The notes under the pieces are model-generated. The model was not told the DNA's origin. It saw only the letters and a list, made by a program, of their open reading frames with translations, and searched no databases. From Polyangiaceae bacterium (lineage in GTDB: Bacteria; Myxococcota_A; Polyangia; Polyangiales; Polyangiaceae), in the NCBI GenBank assembly GCA_033763455.1, contig JANRKO010000045.1, forward strand, positions 83,213 through 147,212: a DNA stretch of 64,000 nucleotides, written 5' to 3'. The position numbers and the translations under genes were made by a program. Each line of letters opens with the position of its first letter. Positions within the stretch are counted from its first letter, which is position 1. Of this stretch, positions 10,498-20,564 are shown piece by piece.

Positions 10498-11044
10498 GCG
10501 CTGCGACGCTGCCGATGGCTCAACGCTATCTTGAGATACCGTAAAACCTTCCGCCTGAACCAAGCTTCACGCACTCCGGATGCACTCCGCCAATTGCCCG
10601 ATCGCCACGCTGGGAGCGCGTCAAGTCAATTCTGGTTGATCGCGCCTTTCCGCGGCCGCCGCCATTGCCATTGCTTTATCCCCACGACTCAAGGCCTACA
10701 CCCTGAGTCCTGACGCCCCAAAGGCCGCCAGAATTCGTTCTCTCTCTTCAGCCGTGTGTGGTGTTTTGTATCCCGCGACCTTTGCAGCTCGGCAACCCTA
10801 CGGAAGATGGGCCCTATTACAACGAGTGCCGAACGTTCCGTAGCCGACGTAGCATCCTGAAACATGTAAGAAATCTAGAACTGCGACTGCCTCGACGCTC
10901 ACCGATCAACAGACGCATAGCCGTTGAGTCTCACAAATACAAGTTACCATTTCACATGACACACACTCGTGCCATTGACGCGAGGGATTCGCGACCGATA
11001 AATACGGGACCACAATAGGACTTACACACACTAAGGAACTGGCG

Positions 11045-13720
11045 ATGAAACTTGTACTGACCAAGCACCTGCGCTCCTGTTGGCAATCGACTGCCGGCGC
11101 GATGTTCTCTTTATTCCTCTCAACTCAGCTTGGCGGCTGTGGACCTTCGACCGAAGACGTGGAAAACACACAGGAAATAAAGCAAGCAGCAACGCTCGTT
11201 CCGAACCAACCCGTCCAATCCCGAGCCGTGTGGACTGCCTCCGGGCCAAACTCCTCCGGGAACCTGTACTACCTTAACAACAACTTCTCTGCTGCAAACA
11301 ACCCCATCCTGGGGCAGATTAACGCGTTTACGGACGGGCGCTTAGGGGGGGCAGTCGAGTTCTCTGCACTGAACGGCGCCGTACTCCGCACCTTCAACAA
11401 CACCGGGGCAGACGGAGCAAAGGGCATGGCCTACCTGAACGGCTATTACTTCGTAACAGGCGATGACCGCCAGGGCATTCGAAGGATCAACGCCGACTTC
11501 ACGAATCCCACGCCCTACCGTGGTGGAACTGCGGAGTCTATCACCACCGACGGGACATATCTCTATGCAAACGATGACATCAATCGCGGTGTTGTTCACA
11601 AGTATGCCGTTACGAATGGCTCCACGGATTTTACACTCCAAGAGGTGGGCGCGTGGAATGTCGGTGGGCGAGTGCGGGGGCTCTCGCACTTCGATTGGGG
11701 CAACGGCAGCCCGGGTGCAATCCATGTTTCTTCTGGAGGTGAAGCTGGAACGTCACGAGCGCTATTCTATTTGCCCGTCAACCAATTCCCACTTCCGCAA
11801 CCTTCCTATCCGCCCACGGTACCTCAACCACCGAACGGCCTGCTTGCTCCGGGCACTTCCTCTGTCTATCAGGTTACACCCGCGAGGGGCGTGGGAGGGC
11901 AGAGCTTACTCTATGTGGCCACGGGTGATCGGATCTACGTTTGGCAATATGCAGGGCCCAATACCGTGACATCGACACTTCCTATCATCACGCTTGCGGG
12001 TGTGAATGCGCAACCCGGCGAAGTGCAGTTGCAAGATCAGAGCGGAACGCCACTGGAAGTAGATCCAAGCCTTGGAGCTTTCTTTGGGTTGGGGTCGGAT
12101 GCCACGAAGCTCTACGTAGTTCACGGGGATCGAATCTCGGCCTTTTCTAAGATTCGAATGAACGCCGCACCCGCCCTCAGTCCGATCACGGCTTCTGTTT
12201 TTTCCTCAGACGGAAAAAGAATTGCTGCCAGCGTCACTGCAACGGACGATCTAGGCGAGCCGAATGTTACGTACAGGTGGTCACTCGTCTCGGCGCCAAG
12301 TGGCGGGACAGCAACTTTCACACCCAATGGTTCCAACGGCGCGAAAGTTACCACCGTCGCCTTTTCAAAGCTCGGCAGCTACACGCTTCAAGCAATTGGC
12401 GAGGACAGCGAAGGTCTGAGTTCCGCGCCGGCGACAACCACAGTTGTTGTCAGCCAGAAGCTGAGTAGCGTGGTCGTTACGCCAGCGACAGTTAGCCTCG
12501 CGGTGAATTCAACCACGGCCCTCGCGGCGGTGGGTCAGGACCAGTTCCAAGGCGCAATGCCCCTTGGCGCCGTCACTTGGTCCGTCGACGCGGGTGGAGT
12601 CGGCACAATATCTGCGGCCGGCGTGTACACGGCTCCCTCTTCAGCGGGAACCGCCGTGGTGCGAGCCACCTCAGGCGGCGTTGCAGGTACCGCGAACGTC
12701 ACGGTTACAGGTGCAAGCTCTGACGGAACACCCTACGGTGGGACCGCACCTGTCATTGCTTCCTCAGGCACAACGCGGATTGAGGCGGAGACGTACAATC
12801 TAGGCGGGCCGGGCGTCGCATATTTTGACAACACCGTCGCCAATGAGGCCATCGCCAATGGTGCTCCCCAGTTTCGAGCTTCGGAATCGGTGGACGTGTG
12901 GGGCGGTCCGCCTTCAGGTGTCGTTGCCTGGTTCTGGGACAACGAGTGGCTCAAATATACCGTGAATGTCGCCCGAGCAGGTTACTACACCGTTGGCGTT
13001 AGCACGGCCTCCATCGCTGCTAGCACGCTGGCCGTGAGCGCTGGGGGCAGCTCCGTCCAGGTTTCGACGCCAAGCACTGGATCGTGGAACACCTACACCA
13101 CTACGAGACCGGCTGCGACCTTGTGGCTCCCGCAAGGGCTCACGGTCCTCAAGATTCAAAAGCCCATAAACGGAGGATGGTCCAACCTGGACTACTTCGA
13201 GCTAGCCTCAGCGCAAAGCCCGGACGGGGAGCCTTACGGGGGTACAGCGCCCACTGTGTCCGCTGTTGGGTCTACCCGAATCGAGGCGGAAGCGTACAAC
13301 CTAGGCGGAACGGGCGTTGCATATTCTGACAACACTGTTGCCAATGAAGCCATTGCCAGTGGTGCGCCGAACTTCCGCGCATCGGAGGCGGTGGATACCT
13401 GGGGAGCTCCACCTTCCGGGACCGTCGGTTGGTTTTGGGACAACGAGTGGATGAAGTACACCGTGAACGTGACTCAAGCCGGGTTCTACTCCGTCGGAGT
13501 CCGAACTGCGGCAATCGCCGCTGGCTCAATCTCTGTTAGCTCCGGAGCTAACGCTGTGGGGATTTCAACTCCAAATACAGGATCCTGGAACACCTACACA
13601 ACAACCCGGGTGACAGGATTGTGGCTCCCACAGGGGCTCGCCGTCATCAGGATTCAGAAACCCGCCAACGGAGGATGGTCTAATCTTGACTACTTCGAGC
13701 TTGCACTCACGGCCAACTAG
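11045..13720 (+). CDS. Large lipoprotein: propeller-like N-region, Ig/PKD-like domains and two tandem CBM6-like domains
   Basis: Lipobox LGGC; VTYRWSLVSAPSG (PKD-like); VVVTPATVSL..VTWSVD (Big-2-like); two copies of RIEAExYNLGGxGVAY..NEW[L/M]KYTVNV..TGSWNTYTT..NLDYFEL; RBS AAGGA. Confidence 0.8.
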   Translation: MKLVLTKHLRSCWQSTAGAMFSLFLSTQLGGCGPSTEDVENTQEIKQAATLVPNQPVQSRAVWTASGPNSSGNLYYLNNNFSAANNPILGQINAFTDGRLGGAVEFSALNGAVLRTFNNTGADGAKGMAYLNGYYFVTGDDRQGIRRINADFTNPTPYRGGTAESITTDGTYLYANDDINRGVVHKYAVTNGSTDFTLQEVGAWNVGGRVRGLSHFDWGNGSPGAIHVSSGGEAGTSRALFYLPVNQFPLPQPSYPPTVPQPPNGLLAPGTSSVYQVTPARGVGGQSLLYVATGDRIYVWQYAGPNTVTSTLPIITLAGVNAQPGEVQLQDQSGTPLEVDPSLGAFFGLGSDATKLYVVHGDRISAFSKIRMNAAPALSPITASVFSSDGKRIAASVTATDDLGEPNVTYRWSLVSAPSGGTATFTPNGSNGAKVTTVAFSKLGSYTLQAIGEDSEGLSSAPATTTVVVSQKLSSVVVTPATVSLAVNSTTALAAVGQDQFQGAMPLGAVTWSVDAGGVGTISAAGVYTAPSSAGTAVVRATSGGVAGTANVTVTGASSDGTPYGGTAPVIASSGTTRIEAETYNLGGPGVAYFDNTVANEAIANGAPQFRASESVDVWGGPPSGVVAWFWDNEWLKYTVNVARAGYYTVGVSTASIAASTLAVSAGGSSVQVSTPSTGSWNTYTTTRPAATLWLPQGLTVLKIQKPINGGWSNLDYFELASAQSPDGEPYGGTAPTVSAVGSTRIEAEAYNLGGTGVAYSDNTVANEAIASGAPNFRASEAVDTWGAPPSGTVGWFWDNEWMKYTVNVTQAGFYSVGVRTAAIAAGSISVSSGANAVGISTPNTGSWNTYTTTRVTGLWLPQGLAVIRIQKPANGGWSNLDYFELALTAN
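12722..13705 (+). repeat. Intragenic tandem duplication (period 501 nt) encoding two CBM6-like modules
   Basis: Copies start at DGTPYGGTAP (12722) and DGEPYGGTAP (13223); the proteins are very similar and third codon positions differ often. Confidence 0.85.
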
Positions 13721-13786
13721 CCCTCCGCCAGCACGACCGGCACGTCACTTTCCAAGATCTCTTGATCAAAGCTCGCGTGAGCAGCG

Positions 13787-15172
13787 ATGAATGGGAAGAT
13801 GAAAAATCTGGCGTGTGGTCGCCCTCCGGCGAAGACGTTGCCTGAGAGCCACTTGATAAGGCTCTTGCTAAGCACGGTAGTGCTCTGGGCCTGCAACCCG
13901 AAGCTGGACGCTCCCTGGTGTGCGGACAGCGAGCATGGGGACGCACAACCGGGGCTCGCGCAGCAACCGACCTACTATCAGGACGTGAAGCCTATCATCG
14001 AGGCACGGTGTCTCACGTGCCACGTGGACGGAGGCATCGCGCCGGTCAGGCTTGATCGATTTGAAGACGTCTTCTCGTTGCGCACGGCTATTGCCGAGAG
14101 CGTGAAGGCGCGCACGATGCCGCCCTACCAAGCGGCACCGTGTTGCACCGAGTACTACCGTCAATGGTCACTCACCTCTGAAGAGATCCAGGTTCTGAAT
14201 GATTGGGCGAGCAACCCTTTGGAAGGGAGCCAGGCCATGCCGGGGCGGCTTTTGCCAGCAGCCGGGGGTCTTTCGCAGGTGGACGTTACCTTAAAGATGT
14301 CAGAACCCTACCGGATCGCGCCAAAAGCAGGACGCGTGGACGATTATCGGTGCTTCTTGCTCGACTGGCCAATCGATGCGCCGGTGTTCATCACGGGGCT
14401 AAACCCGATGCCGGGGAACCGGCGCATTGTTCACCACCTCATAGTAGCGGCGCTTGATGGGGATGCGGTGAGGCAAGCTACCGCCATGGACAAGAAGGAT
14501 CCGGGGCCAGGTTACGACTGCCAATCGGGGCTGGGCGAGCTCTCGCTCAAAGATTTGACGGTATTTGGAGGGAGCCTGATCGGTTCTGATTTTCCGGACG
14601 ATCTGGGGCGGCCTGTTAAGGCGGGCTCCAAGATCTTGCTCAACATTCACTACACCAGCGAAAGCATCGGCTCCACGGCGTCCGACCAGGAGCTGACGGA
14701 CCAATCAAGCATCCAATTCAGAGTGGCTCCAAGCGCCCAGGATTTTGAAGGACTCGTAATAGCTAACCCCGCCTGGTTGATAGACGATGGAATGAAGATC
14801 AAGGCCGGAGAAGCAAACAAGGCATTTTGGTTCCGTTACAATCCAGCAGTATTTACGCAGGGTAAAAGCGTATGGCTGCGTTCCGTTACACCCCATATGC
14901 ACAACTTCGGAAAACGCTTTCGCATTCACCGTATACACGACGGAAAAAGCGAATGCCTCCTTGAGATCCCTAAGTGGGAGTTTGGCTGGGAACAAACCTA
15001 CTGGTTTGAGACCCCGAAGAAGCTGGGCCCTGACGACCAGCTCTATCTTGAGTGTGTGTTCGACAATTCCGCCGAAAATCAGCCAACCAAGCAGGCACCC
15101 CGCGACATTGCTTGGGGAACGGACGGTCAGGATATGTGTGCGGGCTTCCTCAATTTCACGCGTGAGCCTTGA
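13787..15172 (+). CDS. Copper type II ascorbate-dependent monooxygenase-like lipoprotein with N-terminal c-type cytochrome
   Basis: CLTCH..MPP heme domain; CuH-like IVHHL..NIHY and CuM-like PHMH..DMC motifs of the PHM/DBH family. Confidence 0.82.
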   Translation: MNGKMKNLACGRPPAKTLPESHLIRLLLSTVVLWACNPKLDAPWCADSEHGDAQPGLAQQPTYYQDVKPIIEARCLTCHVDGGIAPVRLDRFEDVFSLRTAIAESVKARTMPPYQAAPCCTEYYRQWSLTSEEIQVLNDWASNPLEGSQAMPGRLLPAAGGLSQVDVTLKMSEPYRIAPKAGRVDDYRCFLLDWPIDAPVFITGLNPMPGNRRIVHHLIVAALDGDAVRQATAMDKKDPGPGYDCQSGLGELSLKDLTVFGGSLIGSDFPDDLGRPVKAGSKILLNIHYTSESIGSTASDQELTDQSSIQFRVAPSAQDFEGLVIANPAWLIDDGMKIKAGEANKAFWFRYNPAVFTQGKSVWLRSVTPHMHNFGKRFRIHRIHDGKSECLLEIPKWEFGWEQTYWFETPKKLGPDDQLYLECVFDNSAENQPTKQAPRDIAWGTDGQDMCAGFLNFTREP

Positions 15173-15173
15173 A

Positions 15174-15920
15174 GTGAGGGAGCAAGAAGTGTGCACCAGG
15201 CCCGACCACAGGGAGCCACAATTTTCGGCTGTGAATCTGTTATTGCTAGCTTGCCTCCAAGGAAGCTGCGCCTCCCAGGCTGGATTTGGGCGTGCGAGCG
15301 CTCTGCCGAAAGGAACGATCGAAACGTTCGGCGCAGCGAACGTGAGCCTAGCCACCATGCCAACGGGGGCAGAATACCCAGTGCCCCTACCTTATGCCGA
15401 CATCCTTGTGGGGGCGAGCTATGGTCTCACCGAGCGAGTCGCGGTGGGAGGACGCCTTTGGGGACTCGGCATCGAAGGCTTAAGCCACTTTGGGGTAGCG
15501 CTAGATAGCAAGCTGGAGCTCACACCTCCCGAACCCGGGCGCCGATGGCACGCGGCCGTAGCTGGCGCTTTAGGTTATCATCAGCTCGTGGTTGGTGGCA
15601 CGCCGCTTCACGTAGGTTCATTGAATGTCCCCGTGCTTTTCGGACGTGATTTCGGCGCCCATCACTTGGCTTTCGGGCCGCGACTCACGTGGCACGTGAA
15701 CGCAGGCCAAGGCCAGAGCACAATCGAAACCACAACGTATGGCGCGTCCGTGGGATTCGGATGGCGTGTGGCCCGAAGACTGGAGCTCTTTCCAGAAGCA
15801 ATTGTCGGCTGGTCCCCCGTGGGCTTCAACGGCCAGGTGGAGAGCCCGGAGCATCAAGGAGCGTCGTTCCTACACCTTGCCCTGGGTGCTCGAGTTGTGT
15901 GGCCGCCGGTGGATCGTTAG
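15174..15920 (+). CDS. Putative outer-membrane beta-barrel-like lipoprotein (start uncertain)
   Basis: Follows the monooxygenase stop by 1 nt; hydrophobic signal ending GSC; alternating beta-strand pattern (YGASVGFGWRV..LELFPE, FLHLALGARV). Confidence 0.55.
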   Translation: MREQEVCTRPDHREPQFSAVNLLLLACLQGSCASQAGFGRASALPKGTIETFGAANVSLATMPTGAEYPVPLPYADILVGASYGLTERVAVGGRLWGLGIEGLSHFGVALDSKLELTPPEPGRRWHAAVAGALGYHQLVVGGTPLHVGSLNVPVLFGRDFGAHHLAFGPRLTWHVNAGQGQSTIETTTYGASVGFGWRVARRLELFPEAIVGWSPVGFNGQVESPEHQGASFLHLALGARVVWPPVDR

Positions 15921-16101
15921 CTGGGTCGAACCAAAATCGGCAGAGCTCAAGTGGCAAAGTGGAGCTCAAGTGGACCAGGAGGCGTCGCGCGGGTTTCGGT
16001 GTTCGCCTCGACCCCGGCGCCGATCGCACGGGTCTATTGGTCAGCTGGGACAAGATCACCAAAGACTGCGCTATCGAAGAACTCCCACGAAGTGATAGCA
16101 G

Positions 16102-17445
16102 TTAGGCTAGGAGTTCGCCTATCGGCCCCTTACTATCTTCGGGAGCTCCGAATGATTGAGCTTGTACTCCTAGTGCTTGCGCCACCGAGAGGAACACATC
16201 ACTCACCGATCGCTGATAGATCCCATACTCAATGAACTTGCCTGCCTGCAGCTTCCCAGCAGCATTCCCTAGGATCACGATCGGATTGTAGTCGTGCCCG
16301 TCATGGTGTTTACCACCTCCGCTGTTCACCCAAATGAGCACCGTCGAATCCGCCATGGTGCCGTTGCCCTCCGGGATCTCTTTGAGCTTGCCCCAGAAGT
16401 AGGCAAGCTCCCTGGCTTTGTAATCGGCAATCAACCGCACGCACTCGGTATGCCCTTGGGTGTATGGCTTCGTGCCATGCATCAAGTCCTCGTGAGCATC
16501 ACCCGGAATGCCCAGAAATCCCCAACCGTCGTTGTGGGCATCCATGCCAAAAACCGACAGATGTGCCACGTGCGTCATCCCTAGAGCAAACGCCTGAATG
16601 GCTACGTCCACGTGTCCCCGAATGACCTCGGGGTCGAGGCCGGTGCGATCTAGCGCAATAGCTGGAGCGGTGGGGGTAGTGGCCGTGCCAAGAGTTGAGA
16701 TACGGCTGGTAAGCCGACCTTCCAGGCCCCTACACGAAGTTACCATCTGTTGAAACTTTTGCCGCTCGAACCCTACGAGTGTCTTTTCAAGGCGCTCTGT
16801 CTCTGCACAGGCCGCGTCCAATAGGCTCTTATCTCGCTGCAACAGAGAGATCGCGCCTCCTTGATCCGCCATTGGGACGCCGTTACCAAAGATATTGGCA
16901 AACGCTCTCACGGGCGTGTTGAATGCCGGGAACGGTTGCCCCTCACCGTCCGCGCTCGCGCATTCGGCAGGGCTATCTAGGCGACCGAACTCGGAGAGCC
17001 CGAGTGCAATGGACGAAAACGGATCGGCTGCACCTAACGTCTGAGCCACCAGTCGATCAATGGAAATGCCACCTGGGCCCCCCTGAGCCGGCTTGGGCAT
17101 ATGACTCAACGTCGCCCAGCCGCTACCGTGTTGGCTCCCGTCATGAGAATTGTAGAGCCCCCGAACGATCGAAAGCTCCGAACGGTAAGGCGCCAACGCC
17201 TGGAGACAATTGGGCACGTCCCAATCGGTCGGGGAGCGAATGGTGGTGTTGAGAAGCTCCGCATTCCGTGACATCCCTTGGTGACCCCATCCATTACCGT
17301 CCGTAAAGACGAAGAACCTCGGTGCCGCTACCGCCGCACCCTCCGCTTCGGCCAGCAGACGACGAGTGAGCGGCGCGAGCAGCGCGCCAGCTGCGCCCAG
17401 GCCAAGCCAGCGCTGAAAAGAACGACGACTGATACTCTTGGTCAT
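16102..17445 (-). CDS. DUF1552 family Tat-exported protein
   Basis: ISRRSFQR, FTDGNG, ISIDRLVA, AHEDLMH, PEGNGTMADSTV. Confidence 0.88.
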   Translation of the reverse strand: MTKSISRRSFQRWLGLGAAGALLAPLTRRLLAEAEGAAVAAPRFFVFTDGNGWGHQGMSRNAELLNTTIRSPTDWDVPNCLQALAPYRSELSIVRGLYNSHDGSQHGSGWATLSHMPKPAQGGPGGISIDRLVAQTLGAADPFSSIALGLSEFGRLDSPAECASADGEGQPFPAFNTPVRAFANIFGNGVPMADQGGAISLLQRDKSLLDAACAETERLEKTLVGFERQKFQQMVTSCRGLEGRLTSRISTLGTATTPTAPAIALDRTGLDPEVIRGHVDVAIQAFALGMTHVAHLSVFGMDAHNDGWGFLGIPGDAHEDLMHGTKPYTQGHTECVRLIADYKARELAYFWGKLKEIPEGNGTMADSTVLIWVNSGGGKHHDGHDYNPIVILGNAAGKLQAGKFIEYGIYQRSVSDVFLSVAQALGVQAQSFGAPEDSKGPIGELLA

Positions 17446-19160
17446 GGTGTCTCCTGCATGGGCGACCGCTTCAGGAAAGCATCAGATGTGACATACGACA
17501 CGATGAGCTGCCGGATATCCCCACCACTTTTGGCAAAGCCATCAGCAAGTGCACTCACTGCGCAACTATCGGAGGGACCCACGCTCCTGGCGCTTGCGAA
17601 GCTGTAGAGCTGCTGCGCGAAGCAACGAGCGACGCTACCTGAGGCTGCGAGCTTCTCCGTGAGCTCTGCCGGACCGGTAACCTTGCCGTCCACATCACCA
17701 CTACCCACAATAGCTCCTTCCAAATCCAACGCCTCTCCATTCACATCCGCGCGGTACGCGCCAGCGTTGTCAAACATATCCAAAGGATAACCCATCGGAT
17801 CCACCTGGCTATGACACGCGGCACAAGACGCCTCGCTCATGTGTTTGGCCCTAACCTCGGCACGGTTAGGCTTGCGGCCGAGCTCCGCCTCCAGGCTACC
17901 GGCGCTCTTGGTGAGATCCTGATTCACGTTGGGAGGTGGTGGTGGCAATTCGAGGCAGAGCAGCTTGTTCCGAATCGTCACGCCGCGAGAGGTGATCCCG
18001 GGGTGCGCGGTGAGAAAGCTACCCTGCGTCAAAATGCCTCGTCGGTAATCCGGAAGGGCGACTTCGGCCCATCCGGATTGTGGAGCTGTGGCACCGTAAT
18101 AAGATGCGAGCTCGGGTGTAACCATCGAGAAATTTCCCGTAAGGAGCGTCCGGAGTAGCCCATCTTTCTGCCATAGCGCTGCCGAGATGAATCGATGAGT
18201 CTCTTCAGGCAGCGACTGGATCACCGCGTCCGAAACCTGAGGACGGTTGGCTGTGCTAACCCGCTGAAGCCCGAGGAGCTCGTCGAAAAAACGCACGAGG
18301 CCCGGGCTCGCCTCAGCGCTAGCGAGCAACCTTTGGGCCTCTGATCGTACTTCCACCACACCCAACTGCCCCCCCTTCGCTGCTTGCACGAGCTCGGCAT
18401 CAGGACCCTTGCCGGTCAAGAAGTAGCTAAGGGCACCGGCAACCTCCCAAGGACTGAGCGCATATTGTCCATCGGCCCCGGCCACACCCACTTCACTACG
18501 AAACAAGTAGAAAGGCGACAACAAAACCTTCCTCACCGTTTGTCGCAATGCCGTCGCTCCGCCCGCGGCCGCGACTTCGCCAGCAAAGAACTGCATGGTA
18601 CCATCCAACTCGTCGGCGCTAGCCGGACGCTCCCACGCGCGTTCCAGGAACGCACTCATCGCCGAGCGCACACAAGCGTCGTCACCAATGCTCTGGCGCA
18701 GGCATGGGTCTATAATTCCTGGATCTCGGTCGACGTTCGCGGCAAGATCTTCTGTAACTCGAAACCACTCGTCAAAGAATTGCTGCGGAACCGAGAGCGC
18801 CTGCGTTTCGTGTGACCAAACCTGCGGCGTTGGTGAATAGGGAAGCACACGCAAGGCAATGCCCGACGTATTTGGGAAAAGACTTACTGTTTTGGATTCA
18901 AGGGCTTCCGGTGTTAACCGGCTATACCGCTGCGGGGGCAACGCACAAGTGGCCGAGCCGCCAGGGACTCCGGGTGCGCCGCCGCTAACTCCACCCGTAC
19001 CTGCCATTACACCTGGCATGTTGCTAGGAGCCTCGCCCGAGGCCACCCCGGGAGCTGAAGCTCCCCCGTTTCGCTCCGTGGGCAGCTCTTCTTGGCAACC
19101 CAAGGAACACGCAAGCGCGGCAACAGATACGAACACCTGGAAATAGATCTCACGCCTCAT
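17442..19160 (-). CDS. DUF1592/DUF1588-family heme-c lipoprotein, copy 4
   Basis: Likely start ATG 19160; lipobox SLGC; LLSPFYLFRSE, RGVTIRNKLLCLELPPPPP, CAACH; 4-nt overlap with the DUF1552 gene. Confidence 0.88.
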   Translation of the reverse strand: MRREIYFQVFVSVAALACSLGCQEELPTERNGGASAPGVASGEAPSNMPGVMAGTGGVSGGAPGVPGGSATCALPPQRYSRLTPEALESKTVSLFPNTSGIALRVLPYSPTPQVWSHETQALSVPQQFFDEWFRVTEDLAANVDRDPGIIDPCLRQSIGDDACVRSAMSAFLERAWERPASADELDGTMQFFAGEVAAAGGATALRQTVRKVLLSPFYLFRSEVGVAGADGQYALSPWEVAGALSYFLTGKGPDAELVQAAKGGQLGVVEVRSEAQRLLASAEASPGLVRFFDELLGLQRVSTANRPQVSDAVIQSLPEETHRFISAALWQKDGLLRTLLTGNFSMVTPELASYYGATAPQSGWAEVALPDYRRGILTQGSFLTAHPGITSRGVTIRNKLLCLELPPPPPNVNQDLTKSAGSLEAELGRKPNRAEVRAKHMSEASCAACHSQVDPMGYPLDMFDNAGAYRADVNGEALDLEGAIVGSGDVDGKVTGPAELTEKLAASGSVARCFAQQLYSFASARSVGPSDSCAVSALADGFAKSGGDIRQLIVSYVTSDAFLKRSPMQETP

Positions 19161-19167
19161 GTTTGCC

Positions 19168-20532
19168 TCAAACGGAGAGTTCAGCGATATCAAGTTTCGG
19201 CGGCTTCGGCCCCGCTGCGGCAAATCCAGTTGCATCCACGCCCACGCTCCGTGACACAGCCACCCAAACCTCTGATAACCTGTGCTTGTATGGGGGCAGG
19301 CGTACGAACCTACCGCCCGTTTTCATCTGAATGTTCTTGCCCGCCAGGAGCATTACAGGCACACGTCGACAGGTATTGTGATGATACTCAGCCGCATCGT
19401 TAGTAACGACCACAAGGGTATTGTCTGCCATCGTGCCGTTGCCTTCTGGAACAGCCTTCAGTTGCTCCATCAAACGAGCGACAAGCTTGGTCAAGAAGGT
19501 GTAGTTCTTGTCCATTGCCGCTCCGTGGAGCTCGGCGCCATCGTGCCCCATGCCATTCAGTGGCATGAAGATGTGTGAATTCCCGCTTCCCACAATCAAC
19601 GAACTCACCCGAGTGATACCGCAGACTTGGGCGGCCGCTGACATCTCCCAAAGCAGGCTCACCTTGTCGTAGACGGGTTGATCGGACGCATCCGGCGCCG
19701 GGATGGATGGCACGAAGGTGTCCGGTGAAGGGGGGGATTTACAGGAAACGTTAGCAAACGCAGAAGCAGATTTCTCCAAGGCTTGCAGGGAGGTGAGATA
19801 TCGATCTAACTTCTCGCGCTCTGGCCCGGCAAGGCGCGCTTGCAGGCGCGTGACGTCCGAGCGCAAGCTGGAAAGCAGAGCCCTCTGTTCAAGCTGCACG
19901 TTGGCCGCTTCAACGTCAGCCGTCCCACCGGTGCTCACCCCTCCGAAGAACGTCGAAAACGCAACTTTAGGGTCACTGATCGCGGGCACATGGTCCGCGC
20001 GCCCCTTAGCAAAAACTGAGGTAAAATCCGTTTTTGCATCTCTGCGCCACCCTACCTGAACTGAGGGCAGCGCCGAGCTCGCACCGAGCTTCTGGGCAAT
20101 CCACTGATCAATAGTGATCCCTCCCGCCGCGCCTCCGCCTTCAGCCGACTCCAGCGTTTCCACACACGAAAGCGTCTGATAACCACAGGAGTGCTGCGTC
20201 TGGCCCATGATATTTTCCGCGCCATCCAGCAAAATCACCGAGTCGCGGTACGCGGAGAGCGGCACCATCCAGGGGTGCGTACTGTACGCAGAGAGTGGGC
20301 CCTCCACCGCATCCCACACGTGCTCACCACGCTTGCCAATGCCGTCCTGAAGCTCCTTTGGGCTAAATGAGGTAAAGGGCCACCCATCCCCGATAAGTAC
20401 GAACACCACGCGCCGGGTGTCATTGGCCTGACCATCTGCCTCTCGAATGAGCGGGCGCAACATCGGCGCGAACAACGCCGCCCCTGCACCCAAACCCAAC
20501 ATCCGCACCAGACTTCTGCGATTATGCCTCAT
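19168..20532 (-). CDS. DUF1552 family Tat-exported protein
   Basis: HNRRSLVR, ITIDQWIA, EREKLDRYL, PEGNGTMADNTLV; RBS AAGGA. Confidence 0.88.
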   Translation of the reverse strand: MRHNRRSLVRMLGLGAGAALFAPMLRPLIREADGQANDTRRVVFVLIGDGWPFTSFSPKELQDGIGKRGEHVWDAVEGPLSAYSTHPWMVPLSAYRDSVILLDGAENIMGQTQHSCGYQTLSCVETLESAEGGGAAGGITIDQWIAQKLGASSALPSVQVGWRRDAKTDFTSVFAKGRADHVPAISDPKVAFSTFFGGVSTGGTADVEAANVQLEQRALLSSLRSDVTRLQARLAGPEREKLDRYLTSLQALEKSASAFANVSCKSPPSPDTFVPSIPAPDASDQPVYDKVSLLWEMSAAAQVCGITRVSSLIVGSGNSHIFMPLNGMGHDGAELHGAAMDKNYTFLTKLVARLMEQLKAVPEGNGTMADNTLVVVTNDAAEYHHNTCRRVPVMLLAGKNIQMKTGGRFVRLPPYKHRLSEVWVAVSRSVGVDATGFAAAGPKPPKLDIAELSV

Positions 20533-20564
20533 GAGTATTCCTTTTCTGGCAAGTTGCGGGCCAC

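Noticed and set aside
10498..11044. Short ORFs or an ncRNA in the long intergenic region
   Set aside because: No RBS, motif or convincing structure that I could support
15943..15973. Direct repeat GAGCTCAAGTGG x2 between convergent genes
   Set aside because: Only two copies, no associated gene or element; probably a small local duplication
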